Below are positions 24,501-35,710 of a stretch of 64,000 nucleotides of DNA, piece by piece (the first letter of the stretch is position 1; the number at the start of each line of letters is the position of its first letter). Both the position numbers and the translations under genes were made by a program. The notes beneath the pieces were generated by a model. The model did not search any database. It was not told where the DNA came from and was given only the letters and a program-made list of their open reading frames with translations. This DNA comes from Phoronis australis (Eukaryota; Animalia; Phoronida): assembly GCA_002633005.1 (NCBI GenBank), contig NMRA01000108.1, forward strand, positions 823,855 through 887,854, given 5' to 3'.

Positions 24501-27500
24501 CCAGACAAGCCACCACAGTTTGGGCAATTTTTAACTTAAAGCAGAACCACTGTTGGACAAGACCAAGTTACTGTAAACAATATGAAGGAAGTGTAAATTT
24601 TAGGCTTCATTTTCAGAAAGACTCACATTAATAAACCTAGTAGACCTACAAATTTCCGAGACTTTCACTCATGTTGTGAATTTTTCCCACAAAAAGTAGA
24701 ACAAAATCTCACCAGTTTCAGACACAAAACCCTTTTTCGTTGTTTCAAGGCCCTCTAATACTGTCGAGAATGCCCCCAATTTTTCAAAATAACGCGTGAC
24801 AGTAGCTACAGTACATAACATGAACATGGCAAAATGTTAAATACATTACATATAAAAAATGTGAAAATAAAATTTCGCTTGTCATATTCATATCGCATTG
24901 TCAATTGGAGACTTTTGCATAGCCACACAATTCTATAGTTCACACCATACCGAGATCTCCCATAACTTGGGGTTACTTCAATTCATCTATGTGAAGTTTA
25001 AAAACCGGACGATCGCAGCCGCACAAATAAGTTTCCCATAAATTTTTACTCTTTAATTTTACTCCAGTTTCCAATGCAAGGAAACTATTTTAGTCATCAC
25101 GCGGCAACACTGGGGACCATTCCAGGCCCTTGGTCATTTATAGCATAAGTTAGCCACATCCCTTGATAACACAATACAAGATCTGGATCAGGCAAGTGAG
25201 CTTTAATCAATTTTAACAAGGGAGAAAGCAGCATTGTAGCATTTCCTGTTTTCTTACATAACTACATGATCTTTAATCTAATTTATACAACAAGAAAGAA
25301 GAGACTAGAAAATCCTAAGAGCTTTCATGTAATCCCTTCCTATGCGCAATTGTGACTTACGAAGCTTCCCATGGGAAAAGGCTATACAATATCAGACCAC
25401 CAAATGACTAAGTTTTTAGAGAACATCCGGCAAAAAGAAAATTAGTTGTTATCTCTCTCAGCTCGCTGCAACTCAATAATAAGAAAAACAAAGAGACTGG
25501 AACCCTCGTGCACGGACTGTTATCTGTGAATGTTTTCCTTCCAGGCAAAAATTGACCGCAGTAACCTTAAAACAACAAAAGGAACGGATAGATTACAAGA
25601 TTTTTTTCCAACCGGTGATGATTAGCTGGGCAATGTCGCAGTGAAAATACCATGGGAAACTTCTCACGAACGTAAAGCAATGGCGTGTTTTAAGTGCACT
25701 AAAGTCTACGTGAGACTAATCAGGCGGCTCCGTTCTCAAAAAAGATTAAAATACCATGCGACCAAAATAGAGCACAGTAACATTCTAGTTTCTCAGATTT
25801 AAACAATATTTCTGAAATGCTTATTTATTGTACTTGTACGAACAAATAAATATGCACAAACTAGGTACTTATCATTTGCAAAGTCAAGATTTTGGATAAT
25901 AACAGAAACCCCTTGGTAGAGAAAAAAATAACAAAACACAAGTCCATACTGAGAATTACCAGTAGAAGAAATGTTAATTTAAAAAAATCAATTGAATTTT
26001 GACTTCACACCAGGGCAAAATAGAAAAACTGCTGTCACACATTCCATGCATAAAGTTGATATTTTTTTCAACAATGATTCAAATAAGCACAAATAATACG
26101 GTAATTACCTTCCACAGATGAGATCTCGGATAAATCAGCAGCGATTCCAGAATCTTCAGAGCTGCCACTGACATGACTAACTCTGTCATAGTCTATGACT
26201 GCACCGACAGAAAACATCATACAGAGGCCCAAATGCTGAACTAATCTCACAACTTTCCAAGCAATTAAAACCAATAACGTAAGTGTTAACTACCAACACT
26301 GTTACACTTCCTTCCACAGTCAGCTCATAACTTGATCTGAGTTAGGAAGCCAAGTCACACTTGACCACTGATTAAGTTGTGACCTCTGACCTAAGCCAAC
26401 CACTTAGATCTCAAGCATAGCATCAAGGGGAGATAACACAGGGAGACATTCTGGTTCAGAATATTCAGTAATGTTATTAATGGTATTCATCGATCACCAA
26501 ATTAACCCAGAAAATAATATTGGTCAAAAGCACTGAAAAGATGACATCAAAATGCGCTCAATCTATTTTTAGTGATTTATCTTGGGTTGGGACCTCATAC
26601 ATGAAGAGATAAATTTTAATTTAGTTAAATATTTTCGTTCACAGGTAGCTAAGCAGCCATGCACCACCTTTAACAAATCTAAGTAGAACTTTTCACTTTA
26701 AAACATAAAACGAGTGAAACAAAGGACATTATTTTGCAAAATTTCTCAAGTACCAACAAAAATTACTTCCTTGAATATTAGCATAATTTAATCGGTAAGA
26801 CAGGTGACCAAAATGGTAATAGCCACCTTCAGAGGTTCTGGATTTTGAGCAAAGAGACATTTTGATGATCATAATTCAGGTGATAAAACTGGACCCTTGT
26901 AATTGACTATTACTGTTTATTCTGTTTACTAGTCATCCGATCATAAATGGTTAAACTTCAGGAGCCTGTTGTCATGAAAACAATTACAGCAAGGCCCAAA
27001 ACAAATGTTGAAGCGTAATTCTCCAGTTTGTAGTTTTCAGGTGCAAACATCTCACTCTATCTGAATTGGCATATAATGTCGTTATTTACTGTAACTTAAA
27101 GCTTCCGCAATTGCCCAACAACACAAACGTAACGGCTGAATCACCTGTCTGACGCCTTATCGACCACGTAAGCTAGGAGAACGTCTGGAGAAATTTGGAA
27201 TAATTACAATCACAAATGCTGATGTCAAAACGATGTAAACAGTGGAGGGTTATGTGATCAATCATTGCACAAACTGCGCGCGCGATGTCCAAGGCACCGG
27301 TGTGACCTTTGCAACATACGGGGAGCATTTGAACGCGAATTGCCAACAACGAGTGAATGGGTGCACTTTATGGCATAAGGCATCAGTAAGCCAGGTAACG
27401 AAATGCTCATTTTAATAGCATTAACCGAGGACTAGTACTATTTCTCTCGTAGCACAAGGTCTGTGACACGTGGCTAATTATTTAAGCACGTCCACAACAT

Positions 27501-30500
27501 CAGGAAGACATTTTAAGTAAAAGTTATCCGTAAAAGATTCTGATAATTTCCACCCACCAACAAGTGAATAATGTAACAGAATTCTTACCTTGAAAAAATA
27601 GTTTATCACACGCAGAAATAAATAATCTCCAAGGAGTGTAAAGTATGCTTTGGTAAAATTTCTCCAAAAAAGTTAGAAACAGATCAATGGAATATTTTAG
27701 ACAAACAACAGTAACACTTTAATTTCTTCAACTCTTGAGTGGGTCTCCATCAACACCCATAACTGGGACACGTGTTGGGGGATCCCAGGGTCTTCTAAAA
27801 ACCCTGCAGGAACGTGCTCTATGTCAGGTAGCCTACTTAACAACCAGAGTGACATTACAGATTAGACAATATAAATGTGACTGTTCTAACTAAACCTGAT
27901 AAATGGCAAAAGTTTAGGTGAAGCGTGAAGATGCCAGGCCTTGGGTACTGATATCAGGCAGCCCGATAACCTTTGTGATATCCAGTGATATCCAAACATG
28001 AGTCACAGTTACCGCCTTGGTCACTCAATACCTTAGATCCTTCGGAGAGATACTCGACTCTCTGGGAAAAGAAACCGTTTGTAAAGTTTTAAAGTACCCT
28101 ACTGAACCTCTTCCGTAGCGAATGTTGTCAAAATAGGAACATTTTCATACAGAACCTGGTCTTGGAAATTCTCTATTCTAAACAGTACGTCCCGTATACC
28201 TCTTCTGTGGGAGAACCCCCCCCGCCCTCAGATACTTGGGGCTTCTTTTGAGAATGTCTGTAAACAGTGACCAAAGTATGACATCTTCCACTCCCACAGG
28301 CCTTCATTTTTCAGCAAGTTTTCTGGGATGAAATATTCATTATCACTGAAACTCTCGAAGTTGTCCTTTTCCAAAATTTCCAGGTTTCCACTAGGAATGA
28401 CAGAAGATGACTGAACTGGGGTTCCAAGATTTCAGATGGGCGTTGCTGGGAAATAAAATTTCACGAGTCCGGATTCCTTATCAAAAGCAGCGTGACCCCA
28501 GAGACATACATGGAGAGTGGTCCTACTGGTTCGTAAGATAAGAGCACTTATGTAATACTAGGTGCACTTGAGAATTTCTGCCCTTGGATGAAATTTAATA
28601 AAGTATATTAAATTTCCAGCATCTACATTTTTATAAGAGACTAGTATGATACATTGGTAGTGACAACCTCCATAATTACAAATAAATTTTGTAACTAAAA
28701 TTATGCAAGCAACTATGGTCATGACAACATTAATGCTAAAGACAAAAACATCTATACCAAATAATCAAAACACTTAAGCAAAAATATTAATTAAAACAAG
28801 AACAAACATAAGCCAACGACGTAAACAGACAAAAAGTTTCACCTGGAGCAAATTCCTACGCTGTGTTTTGATGAAATCATTCAATTCTAAAGTTCCCAAT
28901 ATGCCTAAGCTGCATTGTAAAAACACTTAAATTAAAAAACAGGCCCATAAACCACCCATCATGTTACCATGTTACACCGCAACCCTTATCAGTATTAATG
29001 GTCAATCAGGCCACAGTCCCCGCCACTAAGTTGTAAAAAGGCATCCAGACATCTGAGTGGCCACAGGATGTTGTGTCAACAATTAGAAAATCTGTCCAGA
29101 TACTCAAGCCTATGACGTCAAGGCCGTTTCTCACGGTCAGCCAAGAGCAGCACTATAAACACTACAAGTGGAATACTGCCAACAGTCTGAAGACTGACGA
29201 CAGACAGGAGTATTTTTGTAAAAATTATCTGAAGAAATTGACTTTGACTGATTCGCCATTGCAACAGACAAAACATTTTGATATTTTTACAGCACTGAAC
29301 GATTTAAAGTTAAAATGAAATTATGTATATCTCCGTATTCACAGTAAAACATTTCCAGTTTAGGAGAATTAGTGGAATTTTATTTTATTACAATTTTCGA
29401 CAAAAATTACTTTACAAATGTTTTAATTTGTTCTTAACATTCTCAACACAGCATGCCGTAGTTTCACTATAGATCATTGACAACTGATTCGCGACTCCGA
29501 TATTTTCACACGAAATAATTCCCATAAGAGTTGCCACTTTTCGGTAAGTGTGCTGACAGCTTACTTCCCAGAGGTAAAACTGCGACTCACACCAGGTGGC
29601 ACTAGTGAATAGTGTTGGTCACGCCTTGTGCATACCCTCACAGAATTTGCCCATTGAGAATGTAAAGAGTTGGCAGTACATCTACTATAGTCTACGTTAT
29701 CACGAACTAACACATTTAGAGTAGTTTATACCATGTTTTAATTTTTTTGCCACCTTCTTTCCCAACAATACCTATATTTCTATATTTTCATAAATCTATC
29801 TAAAAAAACGAATCAGGATTGGTTTGGCGCACAGCTGAATGAATCTATTGAGCAATTACCCATAACCCTAACCACTGCATTGGCTGAAAGGATGGTGTTA
29901 TACTTCCAAACAACAGGAGATTTATCAGCTGCATGAACCATATGGTGAAGAACACAGGAACAATAACATCAAACAGCTTAGGGACCACCATGTATAGTGT
30001 TCTAACTGTTACTTGTTTCAGGCCAACTGTCAAGAGAAAGCATGTCCTCTTATCTGATAAAACAAATAAGTATAATAGACCAATGGTTGACATACCAAAG
30101 AGGACCAAAAAGAAGTTTTTTTATTTAGAAAACTGTTAAGACAAGGAACTGGGTGCCACGGACAGCTGTATGAAGCATGGTCCTTAAGATGACTACTTTA
30201 AAAGTCGTAATTCTTCAAAGCACAAGGGAACATACATCCCTTGACGCAATTACTAAGTGACCTAAAGAGAATAGTAACCAAGACAATAAGTATCAAGAAT
30301 GTGACGCAAGCATGTTTGAAATTACAACTCTTTCTTAACTGCACGACACTGTGATTTTCCTGCAGCGTTCGAACAACTCATAGGATAACTTCACCGGTTA
30401 AAGTCATAACTTGGGAATTACAAATGGGTTGCGTAGACATCAAGGGCACAAGCATACGGTGCCCCGAAGATTAGATAAACAAAACCTTTGCAGCTATTTG

Positions 30501-31553
30501 TTTTTGAAAGAGAATGGGAGTGACGTGTACCGCCCAATAAGGTGACCCCAACACCACAGGTAAGTATGCCAGACAAAACAGACCTTGCTGCGTTTCAATA
30601 GTACAAACAACAAACCACAAGTCTAGTAAAAACCGTGTGGTTTGAAAGGGACAGGAAATGAAACAATGCAAGGTCTAAATGAACTTAATTTGAAGTCCCA
30701 GAAACTATACAACAGTGCGTGCCGACCGAGTAATGGCCCCCAGGGATTATTGCTATTGTTCTGCTATAGCAGACAATGCCAGCAACAACGTTACAGAAAG
30801 ATGTTGGTGAGATTCCAGTGGCAGACTATGTAAAACACTTTCAGTTACTCTCACAAGAAGGCGCCACTTGTCACACACCACAGACCTCCTGCTGCAGCCA
30901 GCAAAACAAAGATAGTTAAGCTTCACAGACCCTTTAACATCCTAATATCTTGCATACAGATCTTAATGGACAAATTGGCAAAAACAATTTAAAAAAAACG
31001 AGAAAGTCCTATGACGACTCATCATGACACATTTTCTTGAGATGCTATAGACCACAATCAGCCTAACCAAACTTCACCAGATAATTCTTCAGCTACAATC
31101 ACAAGTGAGTGCACTCTCTGGTCACAGGTTAACCCAGTCACACCACAGACAATGCAACCAAATCCTTTCTGTCAGAGAGTCCCCCCAGAACACCACACAT
31201 CTCTCAATCAACATCAGTCGTTTCTATGGAAACCCATCTCACCAAAACTGTAAACAAAGTCCAGATGTGCACTCACTAGAATTGCATATTTTCCCAAACA
31301 CCAGTCAACCAAATTTTCAAGCATTCACAACTCATTTGATCAAACTTCAACCATTCACACACCCAAATGCACATATTTTAGCCAATGAGTCCAACCAGTC
31401 GTAACAACTTCCGTCAACACACACACCACACCACTTCACCAGAACACCTCCACTCACAACTCAGCCAGGTGTTATGCTTACCTTCGTACATCTGTGCATA
31501 CTGAGGAAAGCCTGCTGCTCTCAACCATCTGCACGCCTCGACACCTTCGATCT
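10501..31553 (-). CDS. STARD13: DLC/STARD13/STARD8 (crossveinless-c) family SAM-RhoGAP-START protein; 14 shared coding exons
   Basis: Exons sum to 3230 nt, plus 1 nt from a phase-1 first exon = 1077 codons including stop; all introns GT-AG and in frame. Motifs: EACRWLRAAGFPQYAQMYE (SAM), SVYDNV, ELDLIL, RRDSGVGSSL, RWHSFQKSHRPS, GIFRKSG arginine finger, NLAVCFAPSLF, START domain, C-terminal GPETKI. Confidence 0.96.
11401..11577 (-). CDS. STARD13: Shared exon 13 (START)
   Basis: AWRSDLPKGACVLVTSSIEHPEAPLIGGVRGVVLASRWLIEPCGSGRSRLTHISRVDTR. Confidence 0.95.
11992..12117 (-). CDS. STARD13: Shared exon 12 (START)
   Basis: HLWDDDLLKWRVVEKLDEQTEVYQYVCNSMAPHPTRDHCELR. Confidence 0.95.
12275..12438 (-). 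CDS. STARD13: Shared exon 11 (START)
   Basis: ESRDKFKGWVSVNTDDETELAYKKVGDGHPLRLWKCSTDVEAPPVEVLNRILRER. Confidence 0.95.
12608..12754 (-). CDS. STARD13: Shared exon 10
   Basis: IAEDTMLKCRFSYMEQGDPVSLEEL...WVQGLLK; ttgcag| and |gtaagc. Confidence 0.93.
13158..13486 (-). CDS. STARD13: Shared exon 9 (RhoGAP end)
   Basis: IPTELRLEALQAAIMLLPDENREVLQSLL...NQMTASNLAVCFAPSLF...CKQLFM; donor atg|gtaagt. Confidence 0.96.
13657..13782 (-). CDS. STARD13: Shared exon 8 (RhoGAP)
   Basis: DLISFESLQAYDVADLLKQYFRELPECLLTNKLSETFITVHQ. Confidence 0.96.
14016..14248 (-). CDS. STARD13: Shared exon 7 (RhoGAP start, arginine finger)
   Basis: VVPKFIKKFKSPDYRDKNVFGVPL...VGIFRKSGVRSRIQKLRNQLETNP. Confidence 0.96.
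14595..14783 (-). CDS. STARD13: Shared exon 6 (pre-GAP)
   Basis: ERRRPRIRWHSFQKSHRPSFNSRSLQISNVSAGQMVVLKKLCLLKVTALMERYSPSNRGGWNW; canonical splice sites. Confidence 0.95.
14929..15208 (-). CDS. STARD13: Shared exon 5
   Basis: gccacag|AA TCT GAC...; ends RERRDSGVGSSLTREP; donor ag|gtatga. Confidence 0.92.
15438..15459 (-). CDS. Candidate internal first exon (MVKYVGA-E) splicing to exon 5
   Basis: ATG GTC AAG TAC GTC GGT GCC G|gtaagt; phase 1 matches the acceptor at 15208. Confidence 0.45.
15488..15560. repeat. (TAA)n/(CAA)n microsatellite
   Basis: taataataat...aacaataacaacaacgacaat. Confidence 0.95.
15865..16981 (-). CDS. STARD13: Shared exon 4 (serine-rich linker / focal-adhesion-targeting region)
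   Basis: gattacag|AGT GAT GAC...; SDDSEDEEVCALSDKWKYQRSSRRWSRLE...RVSVYDNVP...ELDLILHGL...SSGI; donor g|gtaact. Confidence 0.95.
18625..18685 (-). CDS. STARD13: Shared exon 3 (SAM end)
   Basis: ttcttgcag|...|gtaagt; RLNTLNKCASMKIEAPSRKT. Confidence 0.95.
21461..21542 (-). CDS. STARD13: Shared exon 2 (SAM)
   Basis: catttcag|...|gtaaac; (D)LQFPIDITTVEKDHDFLDKDSIQSLFR. Confidence 0.95.
26109..26220 (-). CDS. Candidate internal first exon (MMFSVGAVIDYDRVSHVSGSSEDSGIAADLSEISSVE-D) or 90-nt cassette exon (26198-26109)
   Basis: Open frame, donor AAG|gtaatt, phase 1 matching exon 21542; internal acceptor ttttctgtcggtgcag| in the same frame. Confidence 0.5.
31482..31553 (-). CDS. STARD13: Shared exon 1 (SAM domain N-half)
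   Basis: tttacag|AG ATC GAA ... TAC GAA G|gtaagc; IEGVEACRWLRAAGFPQYAQMYE; starts in phase 1. Confidence 0.95.
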
Positions 31554-32438
31554 CTGTAAAAATAAACAAATGAATGATTAACAAATTGGACAGGGATCAC
31601 AAAAAATGACATTGGTCATCGACTGAGAAACCAAATTGTGCACAGAGGTATATGTTTAGCTTCTATAATTTTCAAAATATGTCTTGATTTGAAATATCAG
31701 CGAAAGCACTGAAATTTTGCCCATCTTCCATGAGATATTTCAGCAGTTGTTTCCAAACCACAGACTCAATTGGTTATGCTGCGACGACACTGCAGGGTGA
31801 AAATCCCTAGTGAATGAAATTACCACCACAAACGGATGCAAACATTATCTGTGACTCCAGGCAAGATATCACAATTTTTAGTCCAGAGTTACAATCGCCA
31901 ACAAGCTAGGATTCCTCTGGTGCAGAGTGGTTTCTACTATAGTAAACAACCTTTTTCATGGCTTTGCAAGAAATGAAATTGTTTCCAGCAAACACGGGAC
32001 GTACATTGTTCACACTGTGTACTGTCCACAATGTTCAGACATGTCACATAAGCTAGACAGTAGTGTTTATGATATATCTCCTTGTTCGAGAGATTGCCTC
32101 ACTGGCAGCAAGCGGTCTTTTTGAAGTCATGCCCGAAAGGTCGGGTGACATTAGCTGGCCATTGTTGTGAGACATTTTTGGCGAGCATGACCCACACAAA
32201 ATGAGCATAATTTTCCTCATCATAAGGATATCAACTAGTCATTTACACAAACATGCTTTGATCAAGTGACTGACTTCTGGTTTAGGTGCCTCACTTTGGA
32301 AAGATTAGCATAACTGAGAGATCAAAGACTGGTACAGGAGAAAAGACGTGACAAAACAAAAGACCGAAAATGTGCCCATCCGTTTTCACAGTAGTACTGT
32401 AGTCAAAGCAAAACCTGGACTGCTCGGCAAATTTAGGT

Positions 32439-32543
32439 GTTCTCAAGTGGACACTAATTTTCATGCAAACATGAAGCCACAAAACAGTGTCACATGTTCT
32501 CAACTGGATGAAAATTTGCACACAAACAGGAAGCCACAGAACA
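32439..32543. repeat. Imperfect ~57-bp tandem duplication
   Basis: gttctcaa.tgga...aattt.ca..caaaca.gaagccaca.aaca occurs twice. Confidence 0.7.
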
Positions 32544-33604
32544 TCAAACGAGGTAAAGAACAACGATACACAGATTGTTCCTCGCACTACGACCATTAAC
32601 ACACCTACGCCCGTTTCTAAGAGCGAACTTGTATCCCTAAGTCCATGGTTTTTATCGGGGATCAAAAGGTTAACTGACCATTGCCTTATCGTTTATCTCA
32701 CCAGTTGGATCAGGCTAAGGAGCAAACATGACCAGTTGTGCTCTAGGGAACACTGTTACGGCATACCGTAATACAGTGATAAGCATTGCTTTGATACAAT
32801 AAAGACACTAAAATATTCAAGTAATGACACTTGCACATACAGGTCTGCTTGCTTTGGGGTTGGAAAAACTGTTGTGATCAGCCAAGTAAGAAGAGTAAGG
32901 TAGATACATAATATAAACGGGATTGTGCATCCCTAAATGCCAATTTCCTTCCAGAATGTGAAATCACTAGAGACCACGCAGCCATGACATTGAAAGGCAA
33001 GTGTTTCGCAAGTACACTAGAGACTACACCGGAGCAGACTAGCAAAAGGGCCACCACTGAAGTGATTGTTTGGCACAGCTAAAACGTCAAATTACGAAGG
33101 AAAATTCACCATTTCCATTTCATTCGCGGTTTACGTTACGGAATGCAGTCCAGGAACACTGTAGGGGAATTGGGACAAAACATCATTACCCACAATTCTG
33201 ATTTCAAAGATGCCAAGCGTTGTTGGAAAAATGGTGCCACACACTTCAGTCAACAGAATATGGCAATAGTCGCATACAGGTGTTCCGTAAGTTACTATTG
33301 TCCAGAAACCAGAAAAGCTATTGGTAATATTATATGTGAATAGTAGCAGGATTAGGATCTGACCGTAGTAAAAACCAAATTATGAACGAAGAAAAAAAAT
33401 CCCTAAGTTGCATAAATGTTTTGTATATTAACAGAAAGACAAGGCACTTAAATTCTAATAATAGGCCGACACGAGTTCAGCTTGAGATAAAGGAGAAAAT
33501 TCTTACAAGCACACTATATGGTGGACACATGAAAGTTTATTTTTGCATTTGTTTCACGAAAGATAGTAGCACCAAGTGAATGCTCATTGTTTTCAAGTTC
33601 TACA

Positions 33605-33715
33605 CAGTAGCTTACCATCCGACAATGTTTTGAGAACATGTGGCCATCCACAACAAGGTTAGAAGCCTTTAACAAATGGACCGATATGAATTTTGGTCAT
33701 TACTTTTGTCTGAAA
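33605..33715. repeat. Old dispersed repeat family member (other copies near 38860-38960, 49170-49260, 53680-53760, 59145-59240; inverted near 53920-54015 and 24730-24810)
   Basis: Recurring consensus tagctaccatcYgacaatgttttgaRaa..gtggccatYcacaacaatg...aattttggca. Confidence 0.6.
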
Positions 33716-35558
33716 CTGGGGAACATTTCTAGCAGCAATTATCTCTAAGCCACACAGGTTAAAATCTTCAATCAGTCTCCACTCCATCACAGAGTTATCA
33801 GCATGGCTATAAATCTATAAAGGCTTCACATAAAGTAATTGACCACTTAGCCCAGCTCATAATACCAGTCTATTATAATCAGCCCTTACCAACTGATGCA
33901 AGCAGAAATTGGCGAAATAATACTCCCTGGTGTTTACACGGAAATTGTACATTTTTTTCATAATGACCAAACAAGGCATATCATCATGATACCAGTAATT
34001 ATTAATTCATACATGACATATCATTTGATAAAGTCTGGGCAGACGGAGACAGGAGACAAGAATCTAAGCAAAACAGCAATTTTTCATTTTGTAATATTTA
34101 ACGTCATATGTGGCCCCAGAAAAATGTGAAATGCAATCGGTCAGCAGCTGTAAAGCGACACGAAATGCAGCCATGCGGGAGACAGGGACTAGTTATCAAT
34201 AAGAAAACAGGAATTCGAGAATGGTAATAGCCAAAATTACCATCGCGTCTTTCGTCACTGGATACGCTAATCGTACACACAATTAGTTTAGCTTGATGAA
34301 CATACAAAACGAGATGCAATTCTAGCGACAGTAGGACAAACCTTTAATAATTTTTTTACCACCAACTGACTCATCAGATCAATACATGAACAAAGAATAG
34401 CATCAAATCAAGCCTAGTCAGGAACAGGCACAGTGTTCTTATAATGAGCTTTGCACACAATCCTCAATTACCTATAAACTTAATACACACCACTAATAGG
34501 CTCCCCTTCCACTCATTACATCATAAGCTCCAATGTTGTTAAGTTCCACCACATTATAAAATACTCCTTACTGTGTGCTGGTGTCATAATGATTATCAAC
34601 TGTACTATTTACATGACAGCACACAGTTACACATCTGGGTAGCATGTTTCTCTAATTATGGTGATCAAACAAAACTACTTTACTGTTTAATAAAGGATGG
34701 TTTCTACTTAAATATTCTCGGCAATTTAGTATTCTACACTAGTGCAATTCATTGTCATTTTTTTCAGATGATTTATATTTATTGAAGAATACACATAACA
34801 TACACAAGGAAAATAATGACTAACCCAGAAATCTCGAAGCATTATATCTGGGTTGTAGCCAGTACATAGATGAAAGTAGTATACACGTAACTATATACAT
34901 GTAAGTAGTATCTAATATAAGTATTCAAATGTTTAGATATGCTATTACGAACATATTAAAAACAAAAACATGTACCAATATGGAAATCAGAAGCAACAAG
35001 ATTTATAAGCGATGTATAAAAATTTACTACCATTGCTTAAGAGGAATTCATTCATCAACAATGAGAAATTGGTAAAAATTCGCAAAATTTATGCTGAAGA
35101 TTTATAAGGACTGCCGATGGCCACGCGTCAAATACTGTACATGAAATATATAACCATGTACCTGGATACCAATCCCTAACTCCCATTCATAAATCTCTTA
35201 CTACAAATTTTTCAGGCGTAAAACCAGCAAGGACACTGTACATATTTGAGGCTTTGGAGACCTACATAAAACAGGTCACCTGTCGCTAACACTGAAACCA
35301 CAGAGTTCGCACCTTTGACCTGCAGCAAACACCAGCTGAAGTTAAGCCTACACTTTGTCAACTAACCCTACCAGCAATAATATCAGAATGGCAATCATAG
35401 CACTGAACATTGAGAAAAAGAAACAAAAAATGCATTGTGTAACACACACAACAAATACCTTTGCAGATTAGTCCTCAGAAATACCTAATGAAAGGTAAAT
35501 AAGAAAAAATGCCTTCTTGTCAACTTTGCAATCAGCATAGACTATCCGAGCTACGCAC

Positions 35559-35598
35559 CTGAACGGATGAGCTGTTCGCGATAGCTCCACTTTTCCAT
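35559..35598 (-). CDS. Candidate alternative first coding exon E (MEKWSYREQLIRS-E)
   Basis: aatATGg start, 13 codons + 1 nt, donor CAG|gtgcgt; Inr-like TCAGT about 106 nt upstream. Confidence 0.6.
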
Positions 35599-35697
35599 AT
35601 TGTTAGAGGACCAGCCTGTATCCACCTCATCCAGTGAACATCAATCAACCCCTAGCTGTCTCTTGACACCTCTGCACATACACACACACAGATACAC

Positions 35698-35710
35698 AGG
35701 CACTGAATGT
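35698..35710 (-). promoter_or_regulatory. Initiator-like element (cattcAgtg), candidate TSS near 35704 for exon E
   Basis: TCAGT followed by a GT-rich leader that runs to the ATG at 35598. Confidence 0.35.

Noticed and set aside
34572-34587. Phase-1 mini-exons MTPAH (and MSACRGKTIHISSRE near 54228-54273)
   Set aside because: Weak exon-side donor or weak ATG context; not distinguishable from chance.
34780-35100. Possible LINE 3' end on the minus strand
   Set aside because: Stem-loop and A-rich tail are suggestive, but no recognisable reverse transcriptase peptide.
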